Of a stretch of DNA of 64,000 nucleotides, positions 53,496-63,519 are shown piece by piece (the first letter of the stretch is position 1; every line of letters begins with the position of its first letter). The stretch spans positions 1,151,028 through 1,215,027 of the forward strand of contig CBDBDE010000002.1 in assembly GCA_965203675.1 (NCBI GenBank), in the 5' to 3' direction. The notes beneath the pieces are model-generated. The model was not told the DNA's origin. It did not search any database and saw only the letters and a list, made by a program, of their open reading frames with translations. This DNA is from Dehalococcoidia bacterium. Its GTDB lineage: Bacteria > Chloroflexota > Dehalococcoidia > Lucifugimonadales > UBA3495. The position numbers were made by a program, and so were the translations under genes.

Positions 53496-55622
53496 CTATT
53501 GGAGGACAGCCAGAGCGTCGGCCACCTTCACTCCCTGACCCTTGGGCATCACCATCAGGGGGTTGATGTCCAGCTCCGACAGCTTGCCTTCCAGGTTGAC
53601 CGCCATCCGGGAGACCCGCACCAGGGTGTCCGCCAGCGCGTCAATGTCCGCTTCCGGGGCGCCCCGGAAGCCCTGCAGCAGCCTGGCTCCCTTGACCTGG
53701 TGGACCATCTCCAGGGCTTCCGTCTTGGTGATGGGGCAGTGCCGCACCGCCACGTCGTTGTAAACTTCCACCATCACTCCACCGGTCCCGAAGAGGACCA
53801 CCGGCCCGAGCTGGGCGTCGTAGTTGATTCCGGCGATGACTTCCACACCCCCGCTGACCATCTCCTGGACCAGCACGCCTTCAACCCTGGCCTGGGGATC
53901 GTACCGGCGCGCCCCTTCCATAATGTCGTTGAAGGCCTCGGTGACCTCCGCCATGTTTTTCAGACCGAGCCGGATACCTCCCGCCTCGGTCTTGTGCAGG
54001 ATGTCGGGGGAGTTGACTTTCAGCGCCACGGGATACCCAATGCGCTGGGCCGCGTCGGCCGCCTCAGCCGCTGATCCGGCAACTTCCTCTTTGGTAACCG
54101 GGATTCCCCACTCGGCAATCAGCTGCTTCCCTTCATACTCCGTTAACGAAGGCCGATCCAGGCCGGTGACCCTTGCCACGGCCGCGTTCTGGTCCCCGTT
54201 CATCGCCGGGGCGTCGCCGAATCCATTGGCGTTCCGTCCCTCCAGCCACTCGTGGTAGTCGAGCAGGGACTTGAGACCCATCGCCAGCTTGTCCGGCACG
54301 TAGAAGATGGGTATCCCGGCTTCCTTCAGTTTGGGCAGCCCCGCGGTGGCTCCCCGGGTACCCGTCCAGAGAAAGGCCACGCCCTTATCGCTGGCGTCCC
54401 GCTGGGCAATGACCTGCTCCGCCTGGGCGTCCGCTCCCGCGCTGGCCACCACCAGGTTGCCCACCGTCGGCTCGGAAATCAGGAAGTCCATGATCTCGGG
54501 GAAGGACTCGCTGTTGGCAAACCCGGTCACGTCGGAGGGATTCGCAGCCCAGCCGAACCCCTTCAGCACCCCGTTGATTCCGTCCCGGGCCCGGTCCGTC
54601 AGCAGCGGCAGGTCCAGTCCCGCCTGTCCGCACATGTCCGCCGTAAGCGAGCTGATGCCGCCGGAGTGGGAGACCACCGCCACTCCCTTCTGGCTGGGCC
54701 TGGGAAGGTTGGCCAGTAGGTGAGAGACCTCCAGCAGCTCGTCGTAGTCCTGGACCCGGGTCACGCCGTATTGGGCGAAAATCTCGTCGTATACCGCATC
54801 CGATCCGGTCAGCGCCGCCGTGTGTGACCGCGCCGCCCGCGCTCCCAGGTCGGACCTGCCGATCTTGATCAGGACAATCGGTTTCCCCCGTTCCGCCGCC
54901 AGCCTGGCGACCTCGGTGAACTTGCGGGCGTCCTTGAATCCCTCCACGAAACCCGCGATTACCTTGACCCCGTCGTCGTCCAGCAGGTAACGGGCGAAGT
55001 CGCAGAAGTCCAGGTCCGCCTCGTTGCCGGTGGAGATGATGTGGCTCAGTCCAATGCCTTCCTCCACCGCCCGGGTCAGGAAGGGGCCGAAGGCGGATGC
55101 CCCGCTCTGGCAGATGAGGCCCACCGGGCCGGTGAGTCCATCCGAACCGCGGGAGGAGGAGCTGGCCCAGATGTTGTCCCGCACGTTGGCCAGCCCCAGG
55201 CAGTTGGGGCCGCTGCACCGCAGCCCTGACTCCCGGGCAAAGCGGCTCAACTCGCCCTGCAGGTCGCTCCGGTCATCCTCGCCACGCTCTGAAAACCCCG
55301 CCGATATGATGACGGCGGACCCTGCCCCTTTCGCGTGGCTCTCCTTCAGGACGTCCAGCACCCGGTTATAGGGGACGACTATCCCCACCAGGTCCGGGCC
55401 TTCGGGCAGCTCGCTGACGCTGGGGTAGGCCTTGACTCCCATGATCTCGTCGTAGTTGGGGTTGACCGGATAGATTCTCACCCGGTCCTGGCACGACTGG
55501 AGCATCGCGTTGAGGAACCGTCCGCCGTACTGCATCCTGGGCGTCGCGCCCACGATGGCCACCGACTCAGGGTTCAACATCTTGTGGATCGAGGCGAGTT
55601 GACTGTCACTCCAGGTGGCCAT
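53496..55622 (-). CDS. ADP-forming acyl-CoA synthetase (CoA-binding + ligase-CoA + ATP-grasp domains)
   Basis: PESVAIVGAT, GPNCLGL, SQSGA and HTAALTG (phosphohistidine loop), followed by an ATP-grasp region (GYPVALKVNSPDILHKTEAGGI). ATG 55622 was chosen. Confidence 0.8.
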   Translation of the reverse strand: MATWSDSQLASIHKMLNPESVAIVGATPRMQYGGRFLNAMLQSCQDRVRIYPVNPNYDEIMGVKAYPSVSELPEGPDLVGIVVPYNRVLDVLKESHAKGAGSAVIISAGFSERGEDDRSDLQGELSRFARESGLRCSGPNCLGLANVRDNIWASSSSRGSDGLTGPVGLICQSGASAFGPFLTRAVEEGIGLSHIISTGNEADLDFCDFARYLLDDDGVKVIAGFVEGFKDARKFTEVARLAAERGKPIVLIKIGRSDLGARAARSHTAALTGSDAVYDEIFAQYGVTRVQDYDELLEVSHLLANLPRPSQKGVAVVSHSGGISSLTADMCGQAGLDLPLLTDRARDGINGVLKGFGWAANPSDVTGFANSESFPEIMDFLISEPTVGNLVVASAGADAQAEQVIAQRDASDKGVAFLWTGTRGATAGLPKLKEAGIPIFYVPDKLAMGLKSLLDYHEWLEGRNANGFGDAPAMNGDQNAAVARVTGLDRPSLTEYEGKQLIAEWGIPVTKEEVAGSAAEAADAAQRIGYPVALKVNSPDILHKTEAGGIRLGLKNMAEVTEAFNDIMEGARRYDPQARVEGVLVQEMVSGGVEVIAGINYDAQLGPVVLFGTGGVMVEVYNDVAVRHCPITKTEALEMVHQVKGARLLQGFRGAPEADIDALADTLVRVSRMAVNLEGKLSELDINPLMVMPKGQGVKVADALAVLQ

Positions 55623-55666
55623 CGAATCTCTCTCCCATTGCCTGGTTATATTGTTCAGAATGAGGC

Positions 55667-57385
55667 CTAAGTCTCTCCCGCCGTGCGCAGATCGGCCCGC
55701 CAATCGTCGGGACTCGGCTCCCGGTCGACGATAACGTCCACCACTGCGGGCAGCCCGGATGCCTGCGCCTCACGGATGGCGTCGGGAAGGTCCCTGGAGT
55801 CGTTCACCTGGATGCCGAAAGCTCCCATTCCCCGGGCCACGGCCCCGTTGTCCGTCTGGACGAATTCGGAGGCAATCTCCCGGCCGGGCTCCTGGTGGTC
55901 CAGGACCATTCCCAGGGCGCTGTCATTGAAAACCACGCACAGAATCGGCAGCTCGTACTGGACCGCCGTCGACAGGGCGTTAACCGTCATCATGTAGCCG
56001 CCGTCTCCGGTGACGCAGCACACGGTCCGGTCGGGGTACACCAGCTTGAGGGCAACGGCCGCCGGAAGTCCCCAACCCATTCCCGCCGTGCCACCGGGCG
56101 CGAAGAAGGTCTTGGCCTGCTGGGCCTGGTAGAAGTGGGCCATCCAGGTGCGGTTGTTGCCCGCGTCCAGCGAAAAGACCGTATCCGCCGGAAGGGTGTC
56201 CTGGAGCCTGGCAACCAAACGCTGGGGCGTAACCGGAGACGACTCGACTCCCAGGGCGGGGTCGCTGTAGAAGCCCCGGTCGGCCTTCTTTCGAGAGAGG
56301 CTTCCGGCCCATTCCTCCCTTTGAGCTGCCGTATTCGCCGCAACGGTCTCCGAGGCGTCCAGCAGTTGGTCCATGATGGCGCCGGCGTCGCCGGTCAAAC
56401 CCAACTCGATGGGGAAGGTCCATCCCGCGTTCCGGTCGTCGATGTCAATCTGGATAATGTGCTGCTGCCGTGGGTTGAATACGTTGGGGCTTTCCCTGAC
56501 CGTATCCTGCGGGCTGAGCTTGGCCCCGACGATAACCACGGTATCTGCTTCACCGACCACCTGGTTGGCCGCCGCCTGTCCGTAAACCCCGACCATTCCC
56601 AGGGACAAGGGGTGGGTCTCGGAGATTGCGCTCTTTCCTTTGTAGCTGGTGGCTACGGGCGCGTTCCACATTTCGGCCAAACGCTGGAGCTGCTCGTGGG
56701 CTTCGGAGACATGGACCCCATTGCCAGCCACCAGGACCGGCCTTCGGGATGAGGCCAGGATGTCCACGGCCCGCTGGATGTCCTGGGGAGAACTTTGCGG
56801 TTTGGCCGTATTCAGGTAGCCGCCGGTGGGATGGATGAAGGGGGGAGCCTCCAGGTCGACTTCCCCTCCGATGGAGGCGCTCCGCATGACGACGGCGGCC
56901 GGGCCAGGCCGCCCGCTGGTAGCGTGTTTCAAAGCCAACTGAGTCCCCACCACAGCCTCCTTGGGGCTGGTGGCCAGGGTGGTGTACTTCGTCATCGACT
57001 TGAAGATGTTCTGCAGGTCGATGCTGCCGTACTCTCCGGCTCCCGACTGGTTGGCCGGATGCTGCGCCGAACCGCCGTCGGAAGTGTCGGTGAGCACCAG
57101 CATAGGAGAGCTGCTCAACATGGACTCCATGATCCCGAAGGCGGCATTGGAGCCAATGAACAGTCCCTGGCCCATCACCACCGCAGGCTTTCCGCTGGCC
57201 CGGGCATAGGCGTCGGCCATGATTGCCGCCGTCTGCTCGTGGCGGCACAGAATGGCCTTGATCCGGTCTTCCCTCCCGTGCAGGAGGTTGAAAATCTGTC
57301 CGGTCCCGCCCCCTGGAATCCCGAACACGTACTCAACGCCTGCTTCCTCAAGCGACTGGACTATGAGCTCATTGGCCTTGGGCAT
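55667..57385 (-). CDS. Thiamine diphosphate-dependent enzyme, paralogue C
   Basis: RHEQTAAIMADAYAR, ThDP motif GDGGYMMTVNALSTAVQYELPILCVVFNDSALG. It lies 44 nt upstream of the acyl-CoA synthetase gene. Confidence 0.85.
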   Translation of the reverse strand: MPKANELIVQSLEEAGVEYVFGIPGGGTGQIFNLLHGREDRIKAILCRHEQTAAIMADAYARASGKPAVVMGQGLFIGSNAAFGIMESMLSSSPMLVLTDTSDGGSAQHPANQSGAGEYGSIDLQNIFKSMTKYTTLATSPKEAVVGTQLALKHATSGRPGPAAVVMRSASIGGEVDLEAPPFIHPTGGYLNTAKPQSSPQDIQRAVDILASSRRPVLVAGNGVHVSEAHEQLQRLAEMWNAPVATSYKGKSAISETHPLSLGMVGVYGQAAANQVVGEADTVVIVGAKLSPQDTVRESPNVFNPRQQHIIQIDIDDRNAGWTFPIELGLTGDAGAIMDQLLDASETVAANTAAQREEWAGSLSRKKADRGFYSDPALGVESSPVTPQRLVARLQDTLPADTVFSLDAGNNRTWMAHFYQAQQAKTFFAPGGTAGMGWGLPAAVALKLVYPDRTVCCVTGDGGYMMTVNALSTAVQYELPILCVVFNDSALGMVLDHQEPGREIASEFVQTDNGAVARGMGAFGIQVNDSRDLPDAIREAQASGLPAVVDVIVDREPSPDDWRADLRTAGET

Positions 57386-57540
57386 GAACCCTCCTTAACG
57401 TAGGGCACTGAGACATGGAGAATGGGCCGCCGCGGCTGGCAAATCCCGCACGGATGATAACCTTGGGCATTTTGCGGGTCAAGTTGGGGAATGGGGGCCC
57501 GTGAGCGGGCCAAGGCTACAACCGCCATCCGGCTCCGCCT

Positions 57541-57577
57541 GGAAAAAGGTTCGCCCCGCGTCCGGCGCGGGGCGAAG
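57541..57577 (-). terminator. Intrinsic terminator after the ABC permease pair
   Basis: On the minus strand the sequence reads TTCGCCCCGCGCC-GGA-CGCGGGGCGAA followed by CCTTTTTCC. Confidence 0.65.
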
Positions 57578-57608
57578 TTTCGCGGGTGTTCTGGGCGGGG
57601 AAGGCCGG

Positions 57609-58598
57609 TTACATCCGGACTCCCGCTTCCTTGGCTTCCTTGGTTGCCCTCAACCACCGCCACCGCTGAAGCGGATCGCTGACCGCCCGCATCCAGACTC
57701 CAAACAGGTTGAAGGACAGGGCTGTGAGGAAGATAGCCATTCCTGGCACCACCACCACCCACCAGGCGGTGACGATGTACTGCCGTCCCTGGGACAACAT
57801 AAGGCCCCAAGACGATTCGGGGGGCTGAATGCCGAATCCCAGGAAGCTCAGGGTGGACTCGGTCAAGATGTTCCTGGGAACGTCCAACGCAGCCAGCGTC
57901 AGCAAGGGGGTAATCAGGTTGGGCAGGATGTGCCGGCCCACGATTCGGCCGTCGCTGCAACCGATGGCCCGGGCCGCGTCGATGAAGGACTGCTCCCGCA
58001 AGGAGAGGACGACTCCCCGGGTTACGCGGCAGTAGAGCATCCACCGGGCCACTGCGAACACGATGATGATGTTGGTGAAGCTGGGTCCTAATATGAACAG
58101 CACCATCAGTGCCAGCAGCAGCGTCGGCACGGACATGAAAACGTCCACCGCCCGCATTATCACGTCGTCCAGCAGCCCCCGGTAGTAACCGGCCACCAAC
58201 CCCAGGAACACTCCAATGACGCTGGAAATCAGAACGCCCAGCACTCCCACGAGGATGGAGATCCTACCTCCGTAGATCAACCTGCTGAGGTAGTCGCGGC
58301 CAAGGTGGTCGGTGCCCAGCAGGAAGAAGCGGGTGCTTTCGGTGGGAGGGCTCACGGTGCGGTCGACCGCGGTCCCCGAGGTAAGCGGCCCATAGTGCCG
58401 AAGCCGCAGCTGCTGGTCCTGGGGATCATAAGGCGCGACTACCGGCGCGAAGACAGCGGCGAGGATTATTACCAATAGGAAAGCAGCCGACAGGAGCGTT
58501 ATGGTGTCGCTGAAGAAGGCCTGCACCAGTGCGTGGCGCCAGATCGCCACGATCTTGTTCGGGCTTTGCTCCAGGGTGGTTGTTTCTTCTTGAATCAT
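57609..58598 (-). CDS. ABC transporter permease (DppC/OppC-like)
   Basis: N-terminal TM, the EAA-like loop FIDAARAIGCSDGRIVGRHILPN, and six TM helices. Confidence 0.85.
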   Translation of the reverse strand: MIQEETTTLEQSPNKIVAIWRHALVQAFFSDTITLLSAAFLLVIILAAVFAPVVAPYDPQDQQLRLRHYGPLTSGTAVDRTVSPPTESTRFFLLGTDHLGRDYLSRLIYGGRISILVGVLGVLISSVIGVFLGLVAGYYRGLLDDVIMRAVDVFMSVPTLLLALMVLFILGPSFTNIIIVFAVARWMLYCRVTRGVVLSLREQSFIDAARAIGCSDGRIVGRHILPNLITPLLTLAALDVPRNILTESTLSFLGFGIQPPESSWGLMLSQGRQYIVTAWWVVVVPGMAIFLTALSFNLFGVWMRAVSDPLQRWRWLRATKEAKEAGVRM

Positions 58599-58686
58599 GT
58601 TGGGGAGTCCTTATAAACCCGCTTGCCTGATTCTGAATGTTGGTCGAGGGTGAACGCCGGCAGGATTAGGAATAGCTGCGACTCGG

Positions 58687-59616
58687 TTAACTGTAGGAGA
58701 TCCGCGGGTCGAGCCAGGTATAAATCAGGTCAACCGTGAGGTTGATGACCATTACCATCAGCGCGATTACGAACACTGCCGCGGTTACTACCGGCAGGTC
58801 GCGGGCGTTGATGGCGTCAATCAGCAGCTTTCCAATTCCAGGCCATCCGAAAATGATCTCGACCACAGTGGAACCGTTCATAAATCCGGCCAGCTCGTCG
58901 CCCATCAGGGTAACGATGGATATGGCCGCGTTCTTGAGGACGTGTGCGTAAAGGACGGTGTTCTCCGCCAGACCCTTGGCGCGGGCAGTGGCCACGTATT
59001 GCTTGTTGATCTCCTCGATCATGGTCGCCCGGGTAATCTGGGCGTTTCTTCCCAAAACCCGGGGACACAGCGCAATGGCGGGAAGAATCATGAACTTCCA
59101 TCCGCCGGGTCCCAAACCGGCGAATCCCGAGGTTGGCAACAGGTCAAGTTGGACCGATACCACCAGAATAAGCATCAAGGCGAGCCAGAACTCGGGCACG
59201 GAGATTATGGCGAAGGACAGGACGTTTACTATCCGGTCCATGAGCCCTCTGGGCCGTCTTGCGGCCAGCATTCCTAACGGAATGCCTATGGAGCCCAAGG
59301 CCCAGGCCACCACCGCCAGGACTGCCGTGTTCGGCAGCCGGTCCCAAATCATTTCCCTGGCGTCGATGCGGTGGCGGATGGACTTGCCGAAGTCGCCGCG
59401 GGCCAGGTCCCAGTAAAAGTCAGCGAACCTTATATAAAGAGGACGGTCCAGGCCGAACTTGGCCCGCAGGGCGTCGATAGCCTCCTGGGAGGCGTCTTCG
59501 TCGACCAGCAACTGTACCGGGTCTCCGAGAATGTTGATGGCGAAAAACAGCAAAGCCATCAACCCCAGAATAATGAAAATCGAGTGCCCCACCCGACGGA
59601 TCATGTAATTGCGCAC
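58687..59616 (-). CDS. ABC transporter permease (DppB/OppB-like)
   Basis: MIRRVGHSIFIILGLMALLFF, YVATARAKGLAENTVLYAHVLKNA. Confidence 0.85.
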   Translation of the reverse strand: MRNYMIRRVGHSIFIILGLMALLFFAINILGDPVQLLVDEDASQEAIDALRAKFGLDRPLYIRFADFYWDLARGDFGKSIRHRIDAREMIWDRLPNTAVLAVVAWALGSIGIPLGMLAARRPRGLMDRIVNVLSFAIISVPEFWLALMLILVVSVQLDLLPTSGFAGLGPGGWKFMILPAIALCPRVLGRNAQITRATMIEEINKQYVATARAKGLAENTVLYAHVLKNAAISIVTLMGDELAGFMNGSTVVEIIFGWPGIGKLLIDAINARDLPVVTAAVFVIALMVMVINLTVDLIYTWLDPRISYS

Positions 59617-60213
59617 GGAGATTCCCTCGCTAATTGGTTATGGTTTGAAGTCAGCCGTGGCGTGCTGGGCGGTTTTCGAGCGACAGTATAAAGGGCGCAT
59701 CCCGGTTTGCCTATACTTCTGGCCCAGCGGGATAAATTACTGCTGGGCGTTGCCCCTCTTGGGGCACATTCAATAATGAGGCACCATCCGGGGAAATGCC
59801 CGGTGAGTATCTGAACTGGTGGGTATCTGAACTTACTATGCCGCGGGGTTGTAGAAATCCTGACACCGGATTCAGGCTGCGAACCGAAAAATTGTCCTGA
59901 CCGGGAAATTGGCGGGAGTATACACTACCGGATTATGGGCGACAACTTTCTGATACCTGCCGGCACGCTGGGCTGCCCTTTGCCGGGAAGGATAATTATT
60001 ACCCATTATAAACAGGATAGGTTAAAGGACGAGCCAGACTCCACACGGTGGTGCTGGGAAGGTCCGGTCCGGCGTTGACCCTCAACCTCATCTCCCTTAG
60101 AATCGCCCCAATTCCCCCGCCTGTGTTCAGCGGACTTGCGCTGGCCTGACAACGCAGCCAGAGGGGGAAGCAAATGCCGGTTCCCGATCCATTGCCAGAT
60201 CGAAGGAGGCGTT

Positions 60214-61902
60214 ATGCGCGGCGGAGATGCGGTTGTCCATGCGTTGGAAAAAGAAGGGGTACGTTACATAACCGGATTCTCCGGCGGCGGCCTGGCGCCA
60301 TTATGGCCGGCGCTGCGGGAATCGCCCACCATCACCGCTTTCGCCACGCGGCATGAACGGCTGGGCGTGGAAGTTGCGGATGGCTATTCCAGGGCAACGG
60401 GACAGGTCGCGGTGGCCATGACCGGCACCGGCCCGGGGGCGACGAACACTCTCACCGGAATCGCGAGCTGTTTCGCCGACAACGTGCCGGTGCTCCTGCT
60501 CATGGGCCAACATCCGCTTCGGAACCTGGGCAAGGAGTACCAGCAGGAGGTGTCCTCCAGCATCTTTGACTCCCTGGTTAAATGGAAGGGGACGTTCACT
60601 CGGCCCGACGAAATTCCGGGAATCATGCGGCGAGCTTTTACCGCACTGCGCTCCGGCTCGCCCGGGCCAGTCGTCTTGGAGATGCCGCAGGATGTCCTGA
60701 ATGCGGAGGCCGACGACGCCGTTTTGCAATACGAAGCGGTCGGCGAAGGCCGCAAGGCAGCCCCCGACGCCCGGGACATTGAAAGGGCCGCCGATATTCT
60801 CGTGAACGCCAAGCTTCCTATATTAAATGCCGGTGGGGGAGCCCTCGGCGGGGGGGCTGCCGAGGAGGTCCGCGAGCTGGCCGAGCTGCTTTCCATGCCC
60901 GTGGCCACCACCCTGCTGGGCAAGAGCGTGTTTCCCGAGGATCATCCCCTGTCGTTGGGTGGAGGGGTCTACCCCCGCAGCAAGTATGCTTCCGGCCCGG
61001 CGCTGCACATGAACCGCCAGACCGACGCGGTCCTGGCCGTGGGGAACTCCTTCCGGCTGCCCAACGGGACCGACGGACGCCCGATACCCGAAGGCGTCAA
61101 GCTCATCCATATCAACGCGGATGAGAAGGACCTGAACAAGCAATACCAGGCCGATGTGCCGATTCTCGCGGATGCCAAGCTGGCGCTTCGAGCCCTGATT
61201 GACGCGGTGCGGGAAAGGCTGGGCTCCCAAAGCGGGGGCATCAAGGAAGAAGTTGTCGGCGAAATCGCCCGAGCCAAGGCCAAGTGGCTGGGGGAGTGGA
61301 TGCCCATCTTCACCGACGAGTCCAAGCCCACCAACGGCTACCGGGTCGTCCATGATTTGATGCGGGCCGTGGACCCGACACGAACTATCGCGCTTCACGA
61401 CGCTGGGGGTAGCCGGGGTTACATAACCCCCTTCTGGGTCTCCACCATTCCCCATAGCTTCGTGGCCATGGGCGGGATGGCGCCAATGGGATGGTCCCTG
61501 GGAGCCGCCATTGGGGCCAAGCTGGCCCACCCCGACCGTTTGGTTGTCCACCTGTTGGGCGACGCTTCTTTTGGCATGACCGGCATGGAAATCGAGACCG
61601 CCGTCCGCATGAACCTTCCCACCCTGACCGTGGTGATAAACAACGGGGGCATCGGCGGCGGCATGATGGGAATGGACCGGCCGGGCGGCACGCCTCCAAC
61701 CGTTGCCCAACTGGGCGGCAACTTCAGCGAGGTTGCCCGGGGCCTGGGAGCGTACTCGGAGCGGGTGGAGGAGCCAACGGAAATCCTGCCGGCGTTCCAA
61801 AGGGCCATTCGGACAACCGAAGAGGGACAGGCTGCCCTGGTGGAGGTCATGATCAAGCCCATGCGGACGCCCGAACTGCCGGACGACTGGTCGGTGGACT
61901 AG
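60214..61902 (+). CDS. Thiamine diphosphate-dependent enzyme, paralogue D
   Basis: RHERLGVEVADGYSR, GPGATN, ThDP motif GDASFGMTGMEIETAVRMNLPTLTVVINNGG. ATG 60214 lies 5 nt after GAAGGAGG. Confidence 0.85.
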   Translation: MRGGDAVVHALEKEGVRYITGFSGGGLAPLWPALRESPTITAFATRHERLGVEVADGYSRATGQVAVAMTGTGPGATNTLTGIASCFADNVPVLLLMGQHPLRNLGKEYQQEVSSSIFDSLVKWKGTFTRPDEIPGIMRRAFTALRSGSPGPVVLEMPQDVLNAEADDAVLQYEAVGEGRKAAPDARDIERAADILVNAKLPILNAGGGALGGGAAEEVRELAELLSMPVATTLLGKSVFPEDHPLSLGGGVYPRSKYASGPALHMNRQTDAVLAVGNSFRLPNGTDGRPIPEGVKLIHINADEKDLNKQYQADVPILADAKLALRALIDAVRERLGSQSGGIKEEVVGEIARAKAKWLGEWMPIFTDESKPTNGYRVVHDLMRAVDPTRTIALHDAGGSRGYITPFWVSTIPHSFVAMGGMAPMGWSLGAAIGAKLAHPDRLVVHLLGDASFGMTGMEIETAVRMNLPTLTVVINNGGIGGGMMGMDRPGGTPPTVAQLGGNFSEVARGLGAYSERVEEPTEILPAFQRAIRTTEEGQAALVEVMIKPMRTPELPDDWSVD

Positions 61903-62253
61903 GCCTCCAAGCTGCCCCGGTCCACGGGCAAGGATGGCAACCTCGGAGCCGGGGCTTTTCGAAATCAGCGTCCCCGGAGCCTGGAGGGCGTGTTTGTAAC
62001 GTGTCCTTGTGGTCTGTCCAAGGACACGGCAATTCCCAAGCAGGGCGAACCTCAAACCTGGCGCAGGGGGCGGGATTGGCGGCGGGGGGCACCGGCCTAG
62101 CGAGGCTGCCCGAACCCTTGCCGCGATACCGCTGTTGTTATACCCTTGCCGCATTGCCTGACTCTTGCTGCGGTATCCTTGCAGCAGGAGCCGCAAGGTA
62201 TAGCACGAGCCAAAGGCCCGGGATTCCGCGCCGCACATGAAGGAGGCGATCAG

Positions 62254-63219
62254 ATGGCCACCTGGAAAGTAGCCTATTTCAGCGGCGTTGGCGGACGCCC
62301 TTCCACCATGCTTGAGCAGGCGCCGGACGAAATCGAGGTGACGGTGGTGGACCCGGCCCTGTCCGAGTCGGAAAAGATCGACCTTTGCCGCGACGCCGAC
62401 GCCCTCATCACCAGCGACGTCAGCACCAACGTGCTGCAAGAGTGCTCCCGGGTAAAGCTGATCCAGACCCTGAGTGCGGGCTACGACCGGCTGGACCTGG
62501 AGGCCATTCTTGAAATGGGCATACCCGTGGCCAACAACGGCGGCGCCAACGCCATTTCAGTGTCGGAGCAGACCATTGCCCTGATGATCGGTATCAACCG
62601 GAACCTGATGGCCCAGTGGGACAGCACCACCCGGCGGCGGGAGTGGCGAAGCGACCTCTACCAGACTGACCTGTCGGAAGTTACCGACAAGACGGTGGGC
62701 ATAATGGGTTTGGGACGCATAGGCAGGCAGGTGGCCAAGCGGCTGACCGGGTTCGATACGCGGACCATCTTTTACGACGTGGAGGATATTCCGGAGGATG
62801 TTCAGCGCGAGGTAAAGGCGTCGCCTGTGCCCTTTGACGAATTGCTGGCGACCTCAGACATCGTCAGCCTCCATGTTCCCCTCACCCGGCGAACCCGGGG
62901 CATGATGTCGGACCGGGAATTCGACATGATGAAGGAGACGGCCTTCCTGATTAACCTCTGCCGCGGGCCGGTGGTGGACGAGGCGGCCCTGTATGCAGCC
63001 CTGACCGAGGGGAAGATCGCCGGCGCTGCAGTGGACGTTCTGGAGGTGGAGCCCACGCCCGCCGACAATCCTCTGTTCGAACTGGACAACGTTATCATCA
63101 CCCCGCACATGGCCGGTCAGAGCCAGGAGACCGCCCTGCGGGCAGCGCACTTTGCCTACGGCAATATCCTCCGCGTGCTGTCGGGACAGGAGGCCGAGTC
63201 CCTGGTAACCCCGGAGTAG
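62254..63219 (+). CDS. D-isomer-specific 2-hydroxyacid dehydrogenase (NAD-binding)
   Basis: GIMGLGRIGRQVAKR Rossmann motif, LINLCRGPVVDE, ITPHMAG. ATG 62254 follows GAAGGAGG. Confidence 0.85.
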   Translation: MATWKVAYFSGVGGRPSTMLEQAPDEIEVTVVDPALSESEKIDLCRDADALITSDVSTNVLQECSRVKLIQTLSAGYDRLDLEAILEMGIPVANNGGANAISVSEQTIALMIGINRNLMAQWDSTTRRREWRSDLYQTDLSEVTDKTVGIMGLGRIGRQVAKRLTGFDTRTIFYDVEDIPEDVQREVKASPVPFDELLATSDIVSLHVPLTRRTRGMMSDREFDMMKETAFLINLCRGPVVDEAALYAALTEGKIAGAAVDVLEVEPTPADNPLFELDNVIITPHMAGQSQETALRAAHFAYGNILRVLSGQEAESLVTPE

Positions 63220-63519
63220 CCGGGGGCTGTGGCAACCCCGCGGCAACCGCAAAAGCTGTTATAGCCTGCTGGATTCTCCTTCGCGACTCCGCCGCTGCCG
63301 TAAAGGCCACCCTGCCTGCGCGGGAGGAGGCTGGTGTCAACGGCAGTGGCCGTCGCGCGAAGTCCGTCGGGAGGGTGACGGGACAGTGCGCGGGGACGAA
63401 CGGAAGGCGATGGGGTATTTTCACCACCCTGCCAGCGTTAGTCCCCGCCGTTTTTTGGCCTTTGGGACGGCCGACATTGCAACGTCTTTGGCAATACATA
63501 AAGGACATGCCGTTTCGCT

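Noticed and set aside
59617-60213. TPP (THI-box) riboswitch upstream of the ThDP enzyme genes
   Set aside because: These enzymes use ThDP but do not synthesise it. The conserved CUGAGA and ACCUGAUCUGGAUAAUGCCAGCG-like elements are absent.
63290-63400. Additional A/B repeat copy downstream of the 2-hydroxyacid dehydrogenase gene (CCCTGCCTGCGCGGGAGG, GGGTGACGGGACAG)
   Set aside because: Only short fragments match. It is too degenerate to count as a copy, and I excluded it from the orientation statistics.
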